The notes below the pieces were generated by a model, which did no database searches, was not told the origin of the DNA, and saw only the letters and a program-made list of their open reading frames with translations. A program made the position numbers and the translations under genes. From a virus (lineage: Duplodnaviria > Caudoviricetes), in IMG/VR virus record IMGVR_UViG_3300028629_000017, positions 1 through 44,183 of that record: a stretch of DNA of 44,183 bases; one strand, 5' to 3'. Shown here piece by piece: positions 1 through 8,619 of this stretch. How positions within the stretch are numbered: position 1 is the first letter of the stretch; the number at the start of each line of letters is the position of its first letter.

Positions 1-887
1 CCCGCAGCCGCCGGCTCCGCAGCCGCACCGGCCGCCGGATCGGCACCGGCAGCCACGGCCGCCTTGCCCTCGGCCTGCCACATCGCCTTCAGGTTCGCCG
101 TCTGCGCGTCCGACAGCTTGGCCAGCTCAAAGTCCTTCCCAGACAGCCACTGCTCGAAGTCCATGTCCTCGACCTCCGTATCCAGAGCCAAACTCGCATC
201 GGAACGCGCGGCGACCGTCGCCGACGCATCCTCGTCCGCACCCAATGCCACGAAGCTCACCTCGCCCAGCACCGACTTCCGGACCACGTAGACCGGCCCG
301 GTGAAGGTCGCCCCGTTGGCGCGCGCGTCGCGCCCCTCCGGGATGAAGACCACCTTCTGAGCCTTGGCGCCGATGGACGCCTGCCAGGGGAAGCCGTTCT
401 CGCTCGAGGAGATGATCTCGCTCGCCGCCGGCCCCGTGCCCGAGATCACCCCGGAGACGTTGATGGCGCTCTCCGAGAGCGCGATGTTGTCGGTGTGTCC
501 CACGATCTGGGCGACGTCATGGTCCTTCAGGATCGGCCGGCTCCGAGCCGCCACCCGCATCCCGGCCAGGTCGACCACGACTGGGTGCGGCCACCCACCC
601 AGCTCCATCGCCCCACCCGTGTAGGCCACCATCTGGAAGCGCCGGAGCTTTCGGGCCACGAGCGCACCCTCGCCCTCCATGGCCTTGGCCTCCACCGCCT
701 GCCAGCCGGTCACCGCCGACGTGATCTGAAGCCGCTTGTCCATGCCGTCTGCCCTCCCGTACTGAGCCTCGCACACCGCCAGCCGCTGAGCCGCCTTCGG
801 AAAGTCCCGCACCATGACCGGCGCAGACATGCACCGCGCCACGAACTGCTCGTGGTTCTCGCCCGGCCGTTTCTCAGGCAGCGGCAT
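1..887 (-). CDS. Prohead protease / major head protein fusion (3' end runs off window)
   Basis: Not in ORF track; translated by hand from ATG 887 (SD GAGGAGG): MPLPEKRPGE...RRFQMVAYTGG...PILKDHD...IVGHT...GFPWQASIGA...LGEVSFVALGAD. Caudoviral prohead-protease-type motifs, directly after the portal. Confidence 0.85.
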   Translation of the reverse strand, partial: MPLPEKRPGENHEQFVARCMSAPVMVRDFPKAAQRLAVCEAQYGRADGMDKRLQITSAVTGWQAVEAKAMEGEGALVARKLRRFQMVAYTGGAMELGGWPHPVVVDLAGMRVAARSRPILKDHDVAQIVGHTDNIALSESAINVSGVISGTGPAASEIISSSENGFPWQASIGAKAQKVVFIPEGRDARANGATFTGPVYVVRKSVLGEVSFVALGADEDASATVAARSDASLALDTEVEDMDFEQWLSGKDFELAKLSDAQTANLKAMWQAEGKAAVAAGADPAAGAAAEPAAA

Positions 888-2343
888 CGGCCGCCTCCTC
901 GTCACCGGTGTCCACCGGCACCGCCTGCTTCTCCGGCACCACTTCCACCGCCGCGATTCCAAGTTCCTTGAGAAGGGCGATCTCCTTCGCCCGCTGCCGA
1001 ACCTCAACCTCCCAGTCCCGCCCCTGCCGGGCGAACTCCACCGCCAGAGTCGTGGTGGTGTTCCGGAGCCTGGTCTCCTGGGCGTTGGCCTCCTTGGCCG
1101 GGTCCACGTGCTCGTGGCCGTCCCAGAACCACTGGTGCGACCAGTCGGTGCTAAGGATCCGCGCGCTCTGCGGCAGCAGCCCGTCGACCAGCACCGCTTC
1201 GCGGGCCCACGCCTGGAAGATGCGGTCGAGGATGGCACGGCCGATATGCGCCTGATCCACCCGAATCGATTTGAAGTAGGTCTGGTGATCCAGGCGGCCG
1301 GAGGCGTAGTTGTAGCCCGAAGAGTTGCCGGCCGCGACGTTGAACGGCATGTTCAGGCACCGGGCGATCTCGTTCAGAATCTCATGCTTGAACTCCGCAT
1401 AGGTAGTCGCCGGCTGCTCGGCGTGCAGCTGCCCCATCTTCCACCCGCCGGGCATGGTAACGAGCATTCGCCGCTCAAGCTGGATTTGATCCATCGGTTC
1501 CACGGACTCAGCCTCGCCGTTGGCCGGCGAGTCCGTGTAGAGAATGCCGGCGAAGTCCGCAGCCGACTCGGCCGCCGCAATAACCGCCAGGGTGTACCGG
1601 CGCAGTTGGGCGAACAGCGACAGGGCGGGCGTGATCTCCGGTACACCCCGGCTCTGGCCTGGGCGGTCGGCGCGGAAGTAGTGCAGCATGGAGCCGGCCT
1701 GGACCCGGTCGTATTGGAGCGCCAGGCCGCTCGTCAGGTCACCGGGATGCCCCTTCAACACGTGGTACTCGACCGGGTTCCCGTATGCGTCGAAAACGAT
1801 ACCGTCCACCGCGTTCTCAACGGAAAGCTTCATCGTCGGCGTGGTGACCTGGTCGGCCTCCACCAGCCGCAGATCCAGCTTCACCTTGTGGGCCAGCGCG
1901 GGGTTGTTGGTCAGGATGCCGAACGCCTCGCCGTCCTCCGCCCTGGACATACGCATGGTCCGGAGCTTCTCGGCCAGGTTCACCGCCGCCGCCCAGTCCG
2001 CGAACGCCCGCTCCACCGCCTGGTTCACCGCCGGGTCGGTCGCGAGCATCTGCAGCCTCGGCCCCGTACCCACCACGTCATTGGCCAGCGTCAGCACGAT
2101 CCCGCGGGCGTAGCTGTTGTTGGCCACCTCGTAACGCGAACGATTACGCAGGATGCGCCGGATCTCGGGGCTCGCCGCGGCATTGGCCGAGAGGCCATCG
2201 GCGTTCGCCCAGTGGCGGATGTTGTCGGGATTGGTGGCTGCGGCATCGTACCGGCCGCGGAGCAGCTTCAGGAGCCGCCGGTCCGCCCCCCGGAGGCGCA
2301 GGGCTGGCTTGCTGGGGAGGAGAGCCTGCAGCCACCCAAACAT
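874..2343 (-). CDS. Phage portal protein, lambda family
   Basis: LRNRSRYEVANNSYARG, RPGQSRGVP and SSGYNYASGRLD motifs. Start moved to ATG 2343, which overlaps the upstream stop. Confidence 0.92.
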   Translation of the reverse strand: MFGWLQALLPSKPALRLRGADRRLLKLLRGRYDAAATNPDNIRHWANADGLSANAAASPEIRRILRNRSRYEVANNSYARGIVLTLANDVVGTGPRLQMLATDPAVNQAVERAFADWAAAVNLAEKLRTMRMSRAEDGEAFGILTNNPALAHKVKLDLRLVEADQVTTPTMKLSVENAVDGIVFDAYGNPVEYHVLKGHPGDLTSGLALQYDRVQAGSMLHYFRADRPGQSRGVPEITPALSLFAQLRRYTLAVIAAAESAADFAGILYTDSPANGEAESVEPMDQIQLERRMLVTMPGGWKMGQLHAEQPATTYAEFKHEILNEIARCLNMPFNVAAGNSSGYNYASGRLDHQTYFKSIRVDQAHIGRAILDRIFQAWAREAVLVDGLLPQSARILSTDWSHQWFWDGHEHVDPAKEANAQETRLRNTTTTLAVEFARQGRDWEVEVRQRAKEIALLKELGIAAVEVVPEKQAVPVDTGDEEAADAAA

Positions 2344-2540
2344 CAGTCCGCCTCCGGGGGGACCATCTTCGTGCGACGAATACCGAGGCCGCGGGCGCGA
2401 GAGGCCTTCTTGGACTCCAGGTACCGGTCCGCCTCGATCTGCTCGGCCAGGGAGTGCTGCTCGATCTCGCCGGAGTCGCCCTTGGCCCGCTTGGGGCTCC
2501 GGGCGTTCCGGCGGATCTCGTTTTCCAGGTTCCGAGCCAT
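2343..2540 (-). CDS. Small head-completion (gpW-position) protein
   Basis: 65 aa, basic, translationally coupled to the portal; occupies the lambda W position. Function inferred from synteny. Confidence 0.65.
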   Translation of the reverse strand: MARNLENEIRRNARSPKRAKGDSGEIEQHSLAEQIEADRYLESKKASRARGLGIRRTKMVPPEAD

Positions 2541-2700
2541 CGATCTGCGTCTCCGGCCTCTGCTTTCTCAGCGTGCTCAATATCAACATTACTTCCCGAG
2601 GCGACCGACCTTAAAGGATTCCGACAGGAACCAGCGGATATGTCGTATTCAGTCCTCTTGCACGATCCGCTGTGTCTTGAATGAAGGGATATCCGCTCCA

Positions 2701-2728
2701 TTGACACGACTGCGCCTATGCCAATAAT
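2701..2728 (+). promoter_or_regulatory. Candidate sigma70 promoter of plus-strand moron cassette
   Basis: TTGACA at 2701-2706 and AATAAT at 2723-2728 (16-nt spacer), ahead of SD AGGAGG and ATG 2769. Confidence 0.5.
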
Positions 2729-2768
2729 CGCCGCCTGCTGCTACACCAGGGCAGCCAAGGAGGCTTCA

Positions 2769-3290
2769 ATGGCAAAGAAGAACATTGATGACTACGTACA
2801 GCAGCTCACCGAGGTCGGTTGGTTCGCCAACATGGCCGACAAGGAAGCGTACATCGCCGGCATGAAGGCCAAGTGGACCGAAAACAATGATGGCAAGTGT
2901 GCCAATACGTTGCCGTGGGTCTGGTTTGACTCAGAGTGTGTCGATAACGAGAGTGCGTACAAGGATCTGATCACCGAGATCCTTGAGTCTGCCAAAGGCA
3001 ATGTGCCCTTTTCGCAGGTCACCGAGGAATGGGATCAGAAGACGGAGCCGGTCAGCATCAAGATCGCGGTTACGCTGAAGAACGGCGAGACCCTATCTGC
3101 CACCTACGAATACGAGAGCGACTACCTCAACGAGGACTTCGACTCGTTCATCACCGGGGTGGTTGAGAAGGCCACCGACGGGAAGTTCACCGCGTTCTTC
3201 AAGTCGACCGGCGGGCAGGACGGGCTGGTCCTCGTCGCCGACAAGGACGCATTGACGGCCGCGAAGAAGAAGCGGTTGCTCAGCGCTTGA
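2769..3290 (+). CDS. Acidic hypothetical protein (moron)
   Basis: Strong SD before ATG 2769; lower GC than flanks; no recognised motif. Confidence 0.75.
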   Translation: MAKKNIDDYVQQLTEVGWFANMADKEAYIAGMKAKWTENNDGKCANTLPWVWFDSECVDNESAYKDLITEILESAKGNVPFSQVTEEWDQKTEPVSIKIAVTLKNGETLSATYEYESDYLNEDFDSFITGVVEKATDGKFTAFFKSTGGQDGLVLVADKDALTAAKKKRLLSA

Positions 3291-3832
3291 CCGCCAGGCT
3301 AAACATGCTGACCGTAGACGAGGCAATTCAGGCCATCACCAAGTCCGAGCAGTATGTCAACTGCTCGGCCAAGTATCCCCCCGTTGGAGAAGAGATCATC
3401 CGAGATGCTGAACTGCAGCTCGGGTATCCGATCCCAGGGATTCTGAAGGCGTTGTTTACAGCCGCAGCGAATGGGGGCTTCGGTCCCGGCTACGGCATCA
3501 TCGGTCTAGAGGGGGGACATCCAACCGACGAAGGCGACTCCTCTATCGGTCTCTATAACACATTCTCCGGAACCGATCCGGAAGACCCACACTGGTGTTG
3601 GCCTCGCGGCCTCCTCCCCCTTTGTCATTGGGGCTGTGCGATCTACTCGTGCGTCGACTGCACCACGCCGGACGGCCAGATAGTGTGGTTTGACCCGAAT
3701 GCTCATGAGCTTGATGATACCTGGGCGGCGGCATTTCGAAGGCAAGGTGTCGGTGTAGTCGACTTCTTTGTGCAATGGGCGCAAGGAGTGGACCACTGGA
3801 GGACGATGTACGGAACACCGGATGAGGCGTGA
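3287..3832 (+). CDS. SMI1/KNR4 (SUKH) family protein
   Basis: PPVGEEIIRDAELQLGYPIP...ANGGFGPGYG...LLPLCHWGC...VDC...GQIVWFD fits the SUKH pattern. Start is 3287 (TTG) or 3305 (ATG). Confidence 0.85.
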   Translation: MTARLNMLTVDEAIQAITKSEQYVNCSAKYPPVGEEIIRDAELQLGYPIPGILKALFTAAANGGFGPGYGIIGLEGGHPTDEGDSSIGLYNTFSGTDPEDPHWCWPRGLLPLCHWGCAIYSCVDCTTPDGQIVWFDPNAHELDDTWAAAFRRQGVGVVDFFVQWAQGVDHWRTMYGTPDEA

Positions 3833-3847
3833 GGAGGGATCTGCTCA

Positions 3848-4039
3848 GTGGGAGTAGTCCACACCGAGATAGCAGTTCTTTGCCTTGTCTCAGCGATTGC
3901 GGCGGGAATTGTTGCCGGTATCGCAGGCCCTAGAAGTACGTTCGGGATTATCACGTTCAGCATCGCCGCCTGCATGTTAGTACTGTACACAGTTGCGAAT
4001 GTTGCAGAGTTCCTGAATCGCAGGAAACGCCGACACTAG
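3848..4039 (+). CDS. Small two-TM membrane protein
   Basis: Two hydrophobic segments and a basic C-terminus (RRKRRH); SD GAGGAGG. Confidence 0.6.
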   Translation: MGVVHTEIAVLCLVSAIAAGIVAGIAGPRSTFGIITFSIAACMLVLYTVANVAEFLNRRKRRH

Positions 4040-4059
4040 GACGCATAGTGGTACAGAAA

Positions 4060-6333
4060 CTATCGCTTGGCTCGCTGGAGATCCGATAGTTTCATCCTCG
4101 GCCGCTCCCGCACCACCGGCCCATCCGTCCCCGGCAGCACAGCGCCCTGAACCGAGGCTGCCACGGCGGCCCCCACCAGGCAGTCGAGCCAGTGGTTTTC
4201 GACGGCCTCCGGCCGCAGCTTCCATTCGTCCACCACCCGGCCGCGTCCCTCAGTCTTGACCCGATACTCCGCGGTCAGGTGCTCGGCCAAAAGGCGATGC
4301 GCCTCGGGATCCCGGCCGAAGAGCGACATGCAGCCCTTGTCGCCCATGGGCACGGCCAGCCGCGCGTGGACAAAGCTTTTCCAGTAGTTCGAGTCGAAGA
4401 CCACATGCCTCACCGCCCGGCGGCCTTGGACGTTCGGGATGCGCCAGTTTAGCCCGACGCGGTCGCCACGCTTCCGGCGGTACTCGATGAACGGCGTCGA
4501 GGACGCGCCCACGAACCGGCCGTGGCTGGGCAGCAGCACCGCCGCGTGCCGGCTCTGCCGGCAGAACTGGTAGACCACGTCAGTCGAGGTGCCCCAGTTA
4601 GCGTCGATCAGGCAGCGGTCGATCCGCACCATGGCGCCGTCGTCCCGCCGCCACTCGCGCTCCAGGCACTGGCCGGTCAGGGCCTCTAGGCCGGCGTAGA
4701 TCGCACCCTCGATGCCTGCCCCCTTGGCCACACTGGATAGCGTCTTCTGTGCGTCCCGGAGCGTGAAGTAGGCGCGCTTCTGGTCCGGATAGGCCCCATA
4801 GTCGAGCACGTACCCGGTGAAATCTTCCTCGAATGCAGCGACCAGCCAGAAAAGCAGCCGCCCCTGTACGTCGATGAACATGGCCAGTTGCGTGGCTCCC
4901 ACCGGCACCTCGCCACGCTTCATGCCGTTGATCTTGCTGGCGATCTGGTCGGCCGTGAGCAATCCCTCGTCCTCGGCCGTCTTCTCCGGCAGCGGTTCGT
5001 TCTGGTACTCGGCCTGGAATGCGGCCTCATCCTGGAGTTTGAGGTTCATGGCGTGCTGGACAGCGGACGCCTCGTCGTGATTGAAGCGCTCCGGCCAGGC
5101 GACCTCGGCCCCCTCGTCGAGCGCCACCCGGTTGGCTTCGTAGAACGCCGTTGCCTCGCGCATGTCGCCATGGATGCGCAGGCTCTCCGCCCGGACCTCG
5201 GCATACCGGGCCCAGAGTTTCTCGTTGGTCGGGAATGCGTAGATCATCTTGGTCCGCTCCCCGTTCCACTCCGGGTGTTTCTCGCGGTCGAGGATATTGT
5301 CGGCCACGTCGCCTGGCCGGATGACGGTACACGGCATGATCCCGGAGATCTTCTTCCCGGGCCCGGCCATGCCCAGGACCGCACCGGCGATGATCCGCTC
5401 TCGCGTGGCACATTGTGATAGGCTCCGGGCCGACTCGTCCGTCTGCGGATCGTCCAGAACCACGAGGCTCGGCCGGACCGTCTTCCCGTCGGCCCGCTTG
5501 AACTTCATGCCGCGGATGCGGCCGGTGATCCCCGCGACCTTGATGATGGCGCCGGACGCCAGGCTGTCCGGGATGGTCGGCAGCACCACCTCGTTCGCCG
5601 TCCATCCGATATGCGTTCGCTCGTTCTTGTAGAGTTGGCCAGAGCAACGGTTGGCAATCCCGTCCAGACTCCGAACCGGATGGATGACTTCGGGGAAGTC
5701 GTCGGCCAGGAGATCATTGGCGTCGAGTTCCATCTTGATGCTGTCGAGCATCTCCATGGCGTGGACCTCCGACGCCCCGATCAGGCAGACGAAGTCCCGG
5801 TGCCCAAAGAGCACCGCCCACAGGCAGGCGGCCTCGGTGATGCTGGACTTGCCGCTCCCACGCGGCAGCGCCATGGCGAATAGCCCGCCGTGCAGCACCG
5901 CCTGTTCCACCTTGGCGATAGCCTTGAGATGGTCCGGCGACCAAGGCAGGTGGAAGGTGAGCGGAAAGTAGGCCTCGCAGAAGAACCGAAACTCATTGGC
6001 CGCCCTCGCCTTCCGCTCCTCGTTCACGACGGCCGGCATTTCGCCGATGTCGCGTCCCCGCCTGGATTCCTCCCGCGCGCGCTTGCCGGCGGCTTCCTTG
6101 TGGGCCTCGTACCCGGCTGCCTGGTCGACCACGGGCTTCGGCCCGTGGCGAAGGTCGGCCAGCCACGCCGCGTATCGGTACAGGTCAAGTTCGCGCCCCT
6201 GGCCGATCCGGAAACCCGCCTTCATCCGGTGCCGGTAGAAGGTGCGTTCGTCCAGCACGGCGCCCAGGGGCGTCGAGTTGACCAGGCGCACCAGGTCGCT
6301 GGGCTTCAACTTCCGCGGGTCAAGCGCGGGCAT
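4060..6333 (-). CDS. terL: Terminase large subunit (GpA-like nuclease end) with N-terminal HTH-like extension
   Basis: Walker A PRGSGKS, Walker B LVVLDD, nuclease motifs FIDVQ and NHWLDC; upstream of portal. Start taken as ATG 6333. Confidence 0.92.
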   Translation of the reverse strand: MPALDPRKLKPSDLVRLVNSTPLGAVLDERTFYRHRMKAGFRIGQGRELDLYRYAAWLADLRHGPKPVVDQAAGYEAHKEAAGKRAREESRRGRDIGEMPAVVNEERKARAANEFRFFCEAYFPLTFHLPWSPDHLKAIAKVEQAVLHGGLFAMALPRGSGKSSITEAACLWAVLFGHRDFVCLIGASEVHAMEMLDSIKMELDANDLLADDFPEVIHPVRSLDGIANRCSGQLYKNERTHIGWTANEVVLPTIPDSLASGAIIKVAGITGRIRGMKFKRADGKTVRPSLVVLDDPQTDESARSLSQCATRERIIAGAVLGMAGPGKKISGIMPCTVIRPGDVADNILDREKHPEWNGERTKMIYAFPTNEKLWARYAEVRAESLRIHGDMREATAFYEANRVALDEGAEVAWPERFNHDEASAVQHAMNLKLQDEAAFQAEYQNEPLPEKTAEDEGLLTADQIASKINGMKRGEVPVGATQLAMFIDVQGRLLFWLVAAFEEDFTGYVLDYGAYPDQKRAYFTLRDAQKTLSSVAKGAGIEGAIYAGLEALTGQCLEREWRRDDGAMVRIDRCLIDANWGTSTDVVYQFCRQSRHAAVLLPSHGRFVGASSTPFIEYRRKRGDRVGLNWRIPNVQGRRAVRHVVFDSNYWKSFVHARLAVPMGDKGCMSLFGRDPEAHRLLAEHLTAEYRVKTEGRGRVVDEWKLRPEAVENHWLDCLVGAAVAASVQGAVLPGTDGPVVRERPRMKLSDLQRAKR

Positions 6334-6535
6334 GTTCCGCCTCCCGGGCAAGCCAGGCAACGTACATGGGCAGGTTAATCGTCCCATCCGGGTTAGTCGG
6401 CGCGCCCGCCGCAATGTCGGCCTTTACGGCCTCTTCCGAAATGTGGCGCGACCCCACCGAACGCAAAACGGCGACGACATCGGCGACTGCCAAACATGTC
6501 GGCGTAAGCGCCGCATTATGGCCGGTTACGGGCAT
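6320..6535 (-). CDS. Small protein upstream of terminase (terminase small-subunit-like wHTH candidate)
   Basis: SD GGAGG before ATG 6535; overlaps terL start; ends in GTINLPMYVAWLARE, resembling the TerL N-terminal motif. Confidence 0.65.
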   Translation of the reverse strand: MPVTGHNAALTPTCLAVADVVAVLRSVGSRHISEEAVKADIAAGAPTNPDGTINLPMYVAWLAREAEHARA

Positions 6536-6651
6536 GCGCAATCCTCCAGATTAATCGCCAATTTGAGTTGATGTGTCGGCCGAATCCCGGTAATGATGTA
6601 AGTAGAAATACCAAGAGCGCATTGGGCGCCGGAACGGAACGGAGAACGAAA

Positions 6652-6852
6652 ATGACGAACGCCGAGATGAGAAAGATGCACCGCGAATTCACCCGCCGGC
6701 TGAACCGGCAACTGCGGAAGGTGATCGGCCGGCTGGGCTACAACCGCCTCCGCATGGTCTACGCATACGACCTGGCCAATTGGGAAACCCGCCGCCTGGT
6801 TCGGGCTGAGATCCGCCGGCGCGGCTACAAGACCACCGCCTTCGAGAACTGA
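6652..6852 (+). CDS. Basic hypothetical protein
   Basis: SD GGAG before ATG 6652; first gene of a tight plus-strand cassette. Confidence 0.65.
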   Translation: MTNAEMRKMHREFTRRLNRQLRKVIGRLGYNRLRMVYAYDLANWETRRLVRAEIRRRGYKTTAFEN

Positions 6853-6864
6853 AAGGAGAAGACC

Positions 6865-7113
6865 ATGGCTACCAAGACCAAGAAGACCGCGGCGCAGACC
6901 TACGAGGAACGGGCCCAGGACATCGGCGCCCTGCTCGGCTGGCTCCAAGACGAGCTCGAGGTCCACGAGGAGAAAGCCAAGGCCGAGCCCCGGAACTGGG
7001 GCTACGCCGGGGACCTGGCCGAGGTCCGGATGCGCCTGGTTGACGCCCTGACCTTCCTCTCCGGCAACGACGACAAGGCCATCGCTGAAGCGCTGGCCGA
7101 CCTTCGGAACTGA
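6865..7113 (+). CDS. Hypothetical phage protein (helical, NWGYAGDL motif)
   Basis: SD AAGGAG; strong GC3 codon bias. Confidence 0.8.
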   Translation: MATKTKKTAAQTYEERAQDIGALLGWLQDELEVHEEKAKAEPRNWGYAGDLAEVRMRLVDALTFLSGNDDKAIAEALADLRN

Positions 7114-7125
7114 AAGGCACCGACC

Positions 7126-7503
7126 ATGAAGACCGCCAAGAACAATCAGGCTATCCCGCGGTTCACCCACCTCAGCCGGGCCTGGTACGGCCCGGCTAAC
7201 CTTCCGGCCCTCCGGAAGGACGGCATCGTCGACCAGGTGACCTTCGGCCTCTACTTCGCCGACGGCGGCTGCGACGCCGAGATGTGCATGAGCTGGCACT
7301 GGCTGGTTGGCAACGAAGCCGGCGTCGCGCGGATCGAGGCCTTCGCCGACAGCTTCGCGCTCTTCGCCCGGCCGGAACTCAAACGCGTGTTCGGCCGGCT
7401 GGCCCGGCTCGCCAAGGACGCCGCCGACCGAATGGCGCCCGCCGGCTTCTGCGCGCTCCTGGCGGAGTGCGGATTCGAAGACGCTACCCCGGTCCGACGG
7501 TAG
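7126..7503 (+). CDS. Hypothetical phage protein
   Basis: SD AAAGG; coding-type codon bias; LSRAWY motif. Confidence 0.75.
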   Translation: MKTAKNNQAIPRFTHLSRAWYGPANLPALRKDGIVDQVTFGLYFADGGCDAEMCMSWHWLVGNEAGVARIEAFADSFALFARPELKRVFGRLARLAKDAADRMAPAGFCALLAECGFEDATPVRR

Positions 7504-7515
7504 GAGGAGAACGCC

Positions 7516-7899
7516 ATGAAGATTCTGGTAGCCACCACCAAGACCCAAGGCGCCCGTAAGAACGACTTCTGCTTCGTACCCGAGGCCGAACCGGTGATGT
7601 TCGGTTTCGAGTGCGACAACGAACCCATCGACGGCGGCTGCGGCTGCCGCCGGGCGATGGTCGGCATCGGTTGCCTCAAGGCCACCACCACGGTGGCCGT
7701 GGCAGAGACGCCGATGGACCGCGACGGGCTCATCGCCGCCTTCGTCGAATCCAGCAAACGGTCCGGCTTCAACTTCACCGCCGCCGAAGTCGCGCCCATG
7801 GCCGACGACCTGCTGCGCATCGCCGGCCGGTTCCCGGCCGGCACGGTCCTGGAACGCCGGGGCGATGCATTCCGCGCCCGGCCGGTTGGTAAGGAGTAA
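7516..7899 (+). CDS. Cys-containing hypothetical protein (possible metal binder)
   Basis: SD AGGAGG; ECD-x5-GGCGC motif. Confidence 0.8.
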   Translation: MKILVATTKTQGARKNDFCFVPEAEPVMFGFECDNEPIDGGCGCRRAMVGIGCLKATTTVAVAETPMDRDGLIAAFVESSKRSGFNFTAAEVAPMADDLLRIAGRFPAGTVLERRGDAFRARPVGKE

Positions 7900-7905
7900 G
7901 GCACC

Positions 7906-8199
7906 ATGGAACTGCGCACCTTCAGCAGAACGGATTGGCACGGGTTCGCGGGCGCCGAGCGCTGGTCGGACTCCGATCCGCTCATCGCCGATGGCATGTT
8001 CGCCAACGGCATGGGCTGGGTCCTGGTCCTCGATATCAACGGTGCCTGCCTGGTTTGCGACGATTCTCAAGCGGCGTACGGGGGCTATGCCTTGAACCGC
8101 CGGTTCCTCTCGGTCGCCGATGCACGCGCTTTCGCGGCGACCCTGGGCGAGCCCAAGACCCGGGGCGAATTCTTCATTGCCGGCTTCCAGCCGGTCTAG
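7906..8199 (+). CDS. Hypothetical protein
   Basis: SD AAGGAG/AAGG; in-operon spacing. Confidence 0.7.
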   Translation: MELRTFSRTDWHGFAGAERWSDSDPLIADGMFANGMGWVLVLDINGACLVCDDSQAAYGGYALNRRFLSVADARAFAATLGEPKTRGEFFIAGFQPV

Positions 8200-8259
8200 C
8201 GAACCACATGAACTGAACCGCGGCGTGTCGCCGCGGACGAGAACGGAAGGAGACGTACC

Positions 8260-8616
8260 ATGTCGAGCAGCAAGAAGACCACCACCAAGGCCAAGGGCGG
8301 CGACAAGAGCAAGAAGGCCAAGGGAGTGACCACCAAGGAACTGGAGGGCGCGCTTGAGAACGCGCTCGACAAGGCCGCCACCGGCGATGGCAAGCTCTCG
8401 GGCCTGGACGCCGCCGCCAAGGTGCTTGCCGAGGCCGGTGAGCCCATGAACGCTAAGGCTATAGTCGAGACGATGCTGGCCAAGGGACTCTGGAAGACTG
8501 ACGGAAAGACACCGGCGGCCACCATCTACTCGGCCATGTTTCGCGAGGTCAAGGCCAAGGGGAACGCCAGCCGGTTCCGCGTGGTCGAGCGTGGGAAGTT
8601 CACCGTCGCCAAGTAG
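8260..8616 (+). CDS. HARE-HTH-type winged-helix protein
   Basis: [11 protein letters not shown]...EPMNAKAIV...[18 protein letters not shown]...RF...GKF pattern with a Lys-rich N-terminal tail. Confidence 0.85.
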   Translation: MSSSKKTTTKAKGGDKSKKAKGVTTKELEGALENALDKAATGDGKLSGLDAAAKVLAEAGEPMNAKAIVETMLAKGLWKTDGKTPAATIYSAMFREVKAKGNASRFRVVERGKFTVAK

Positions 8617-8619
8617 CAT

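Noticed and set aside
2344-2589. N-terminal extension of the portal ORF; likewise the extensions given for 27948..29387, 33955..35451 and 34494..35924
   Set aside because: They overlap better-supported upstream genes; coupled starts exist downstream.
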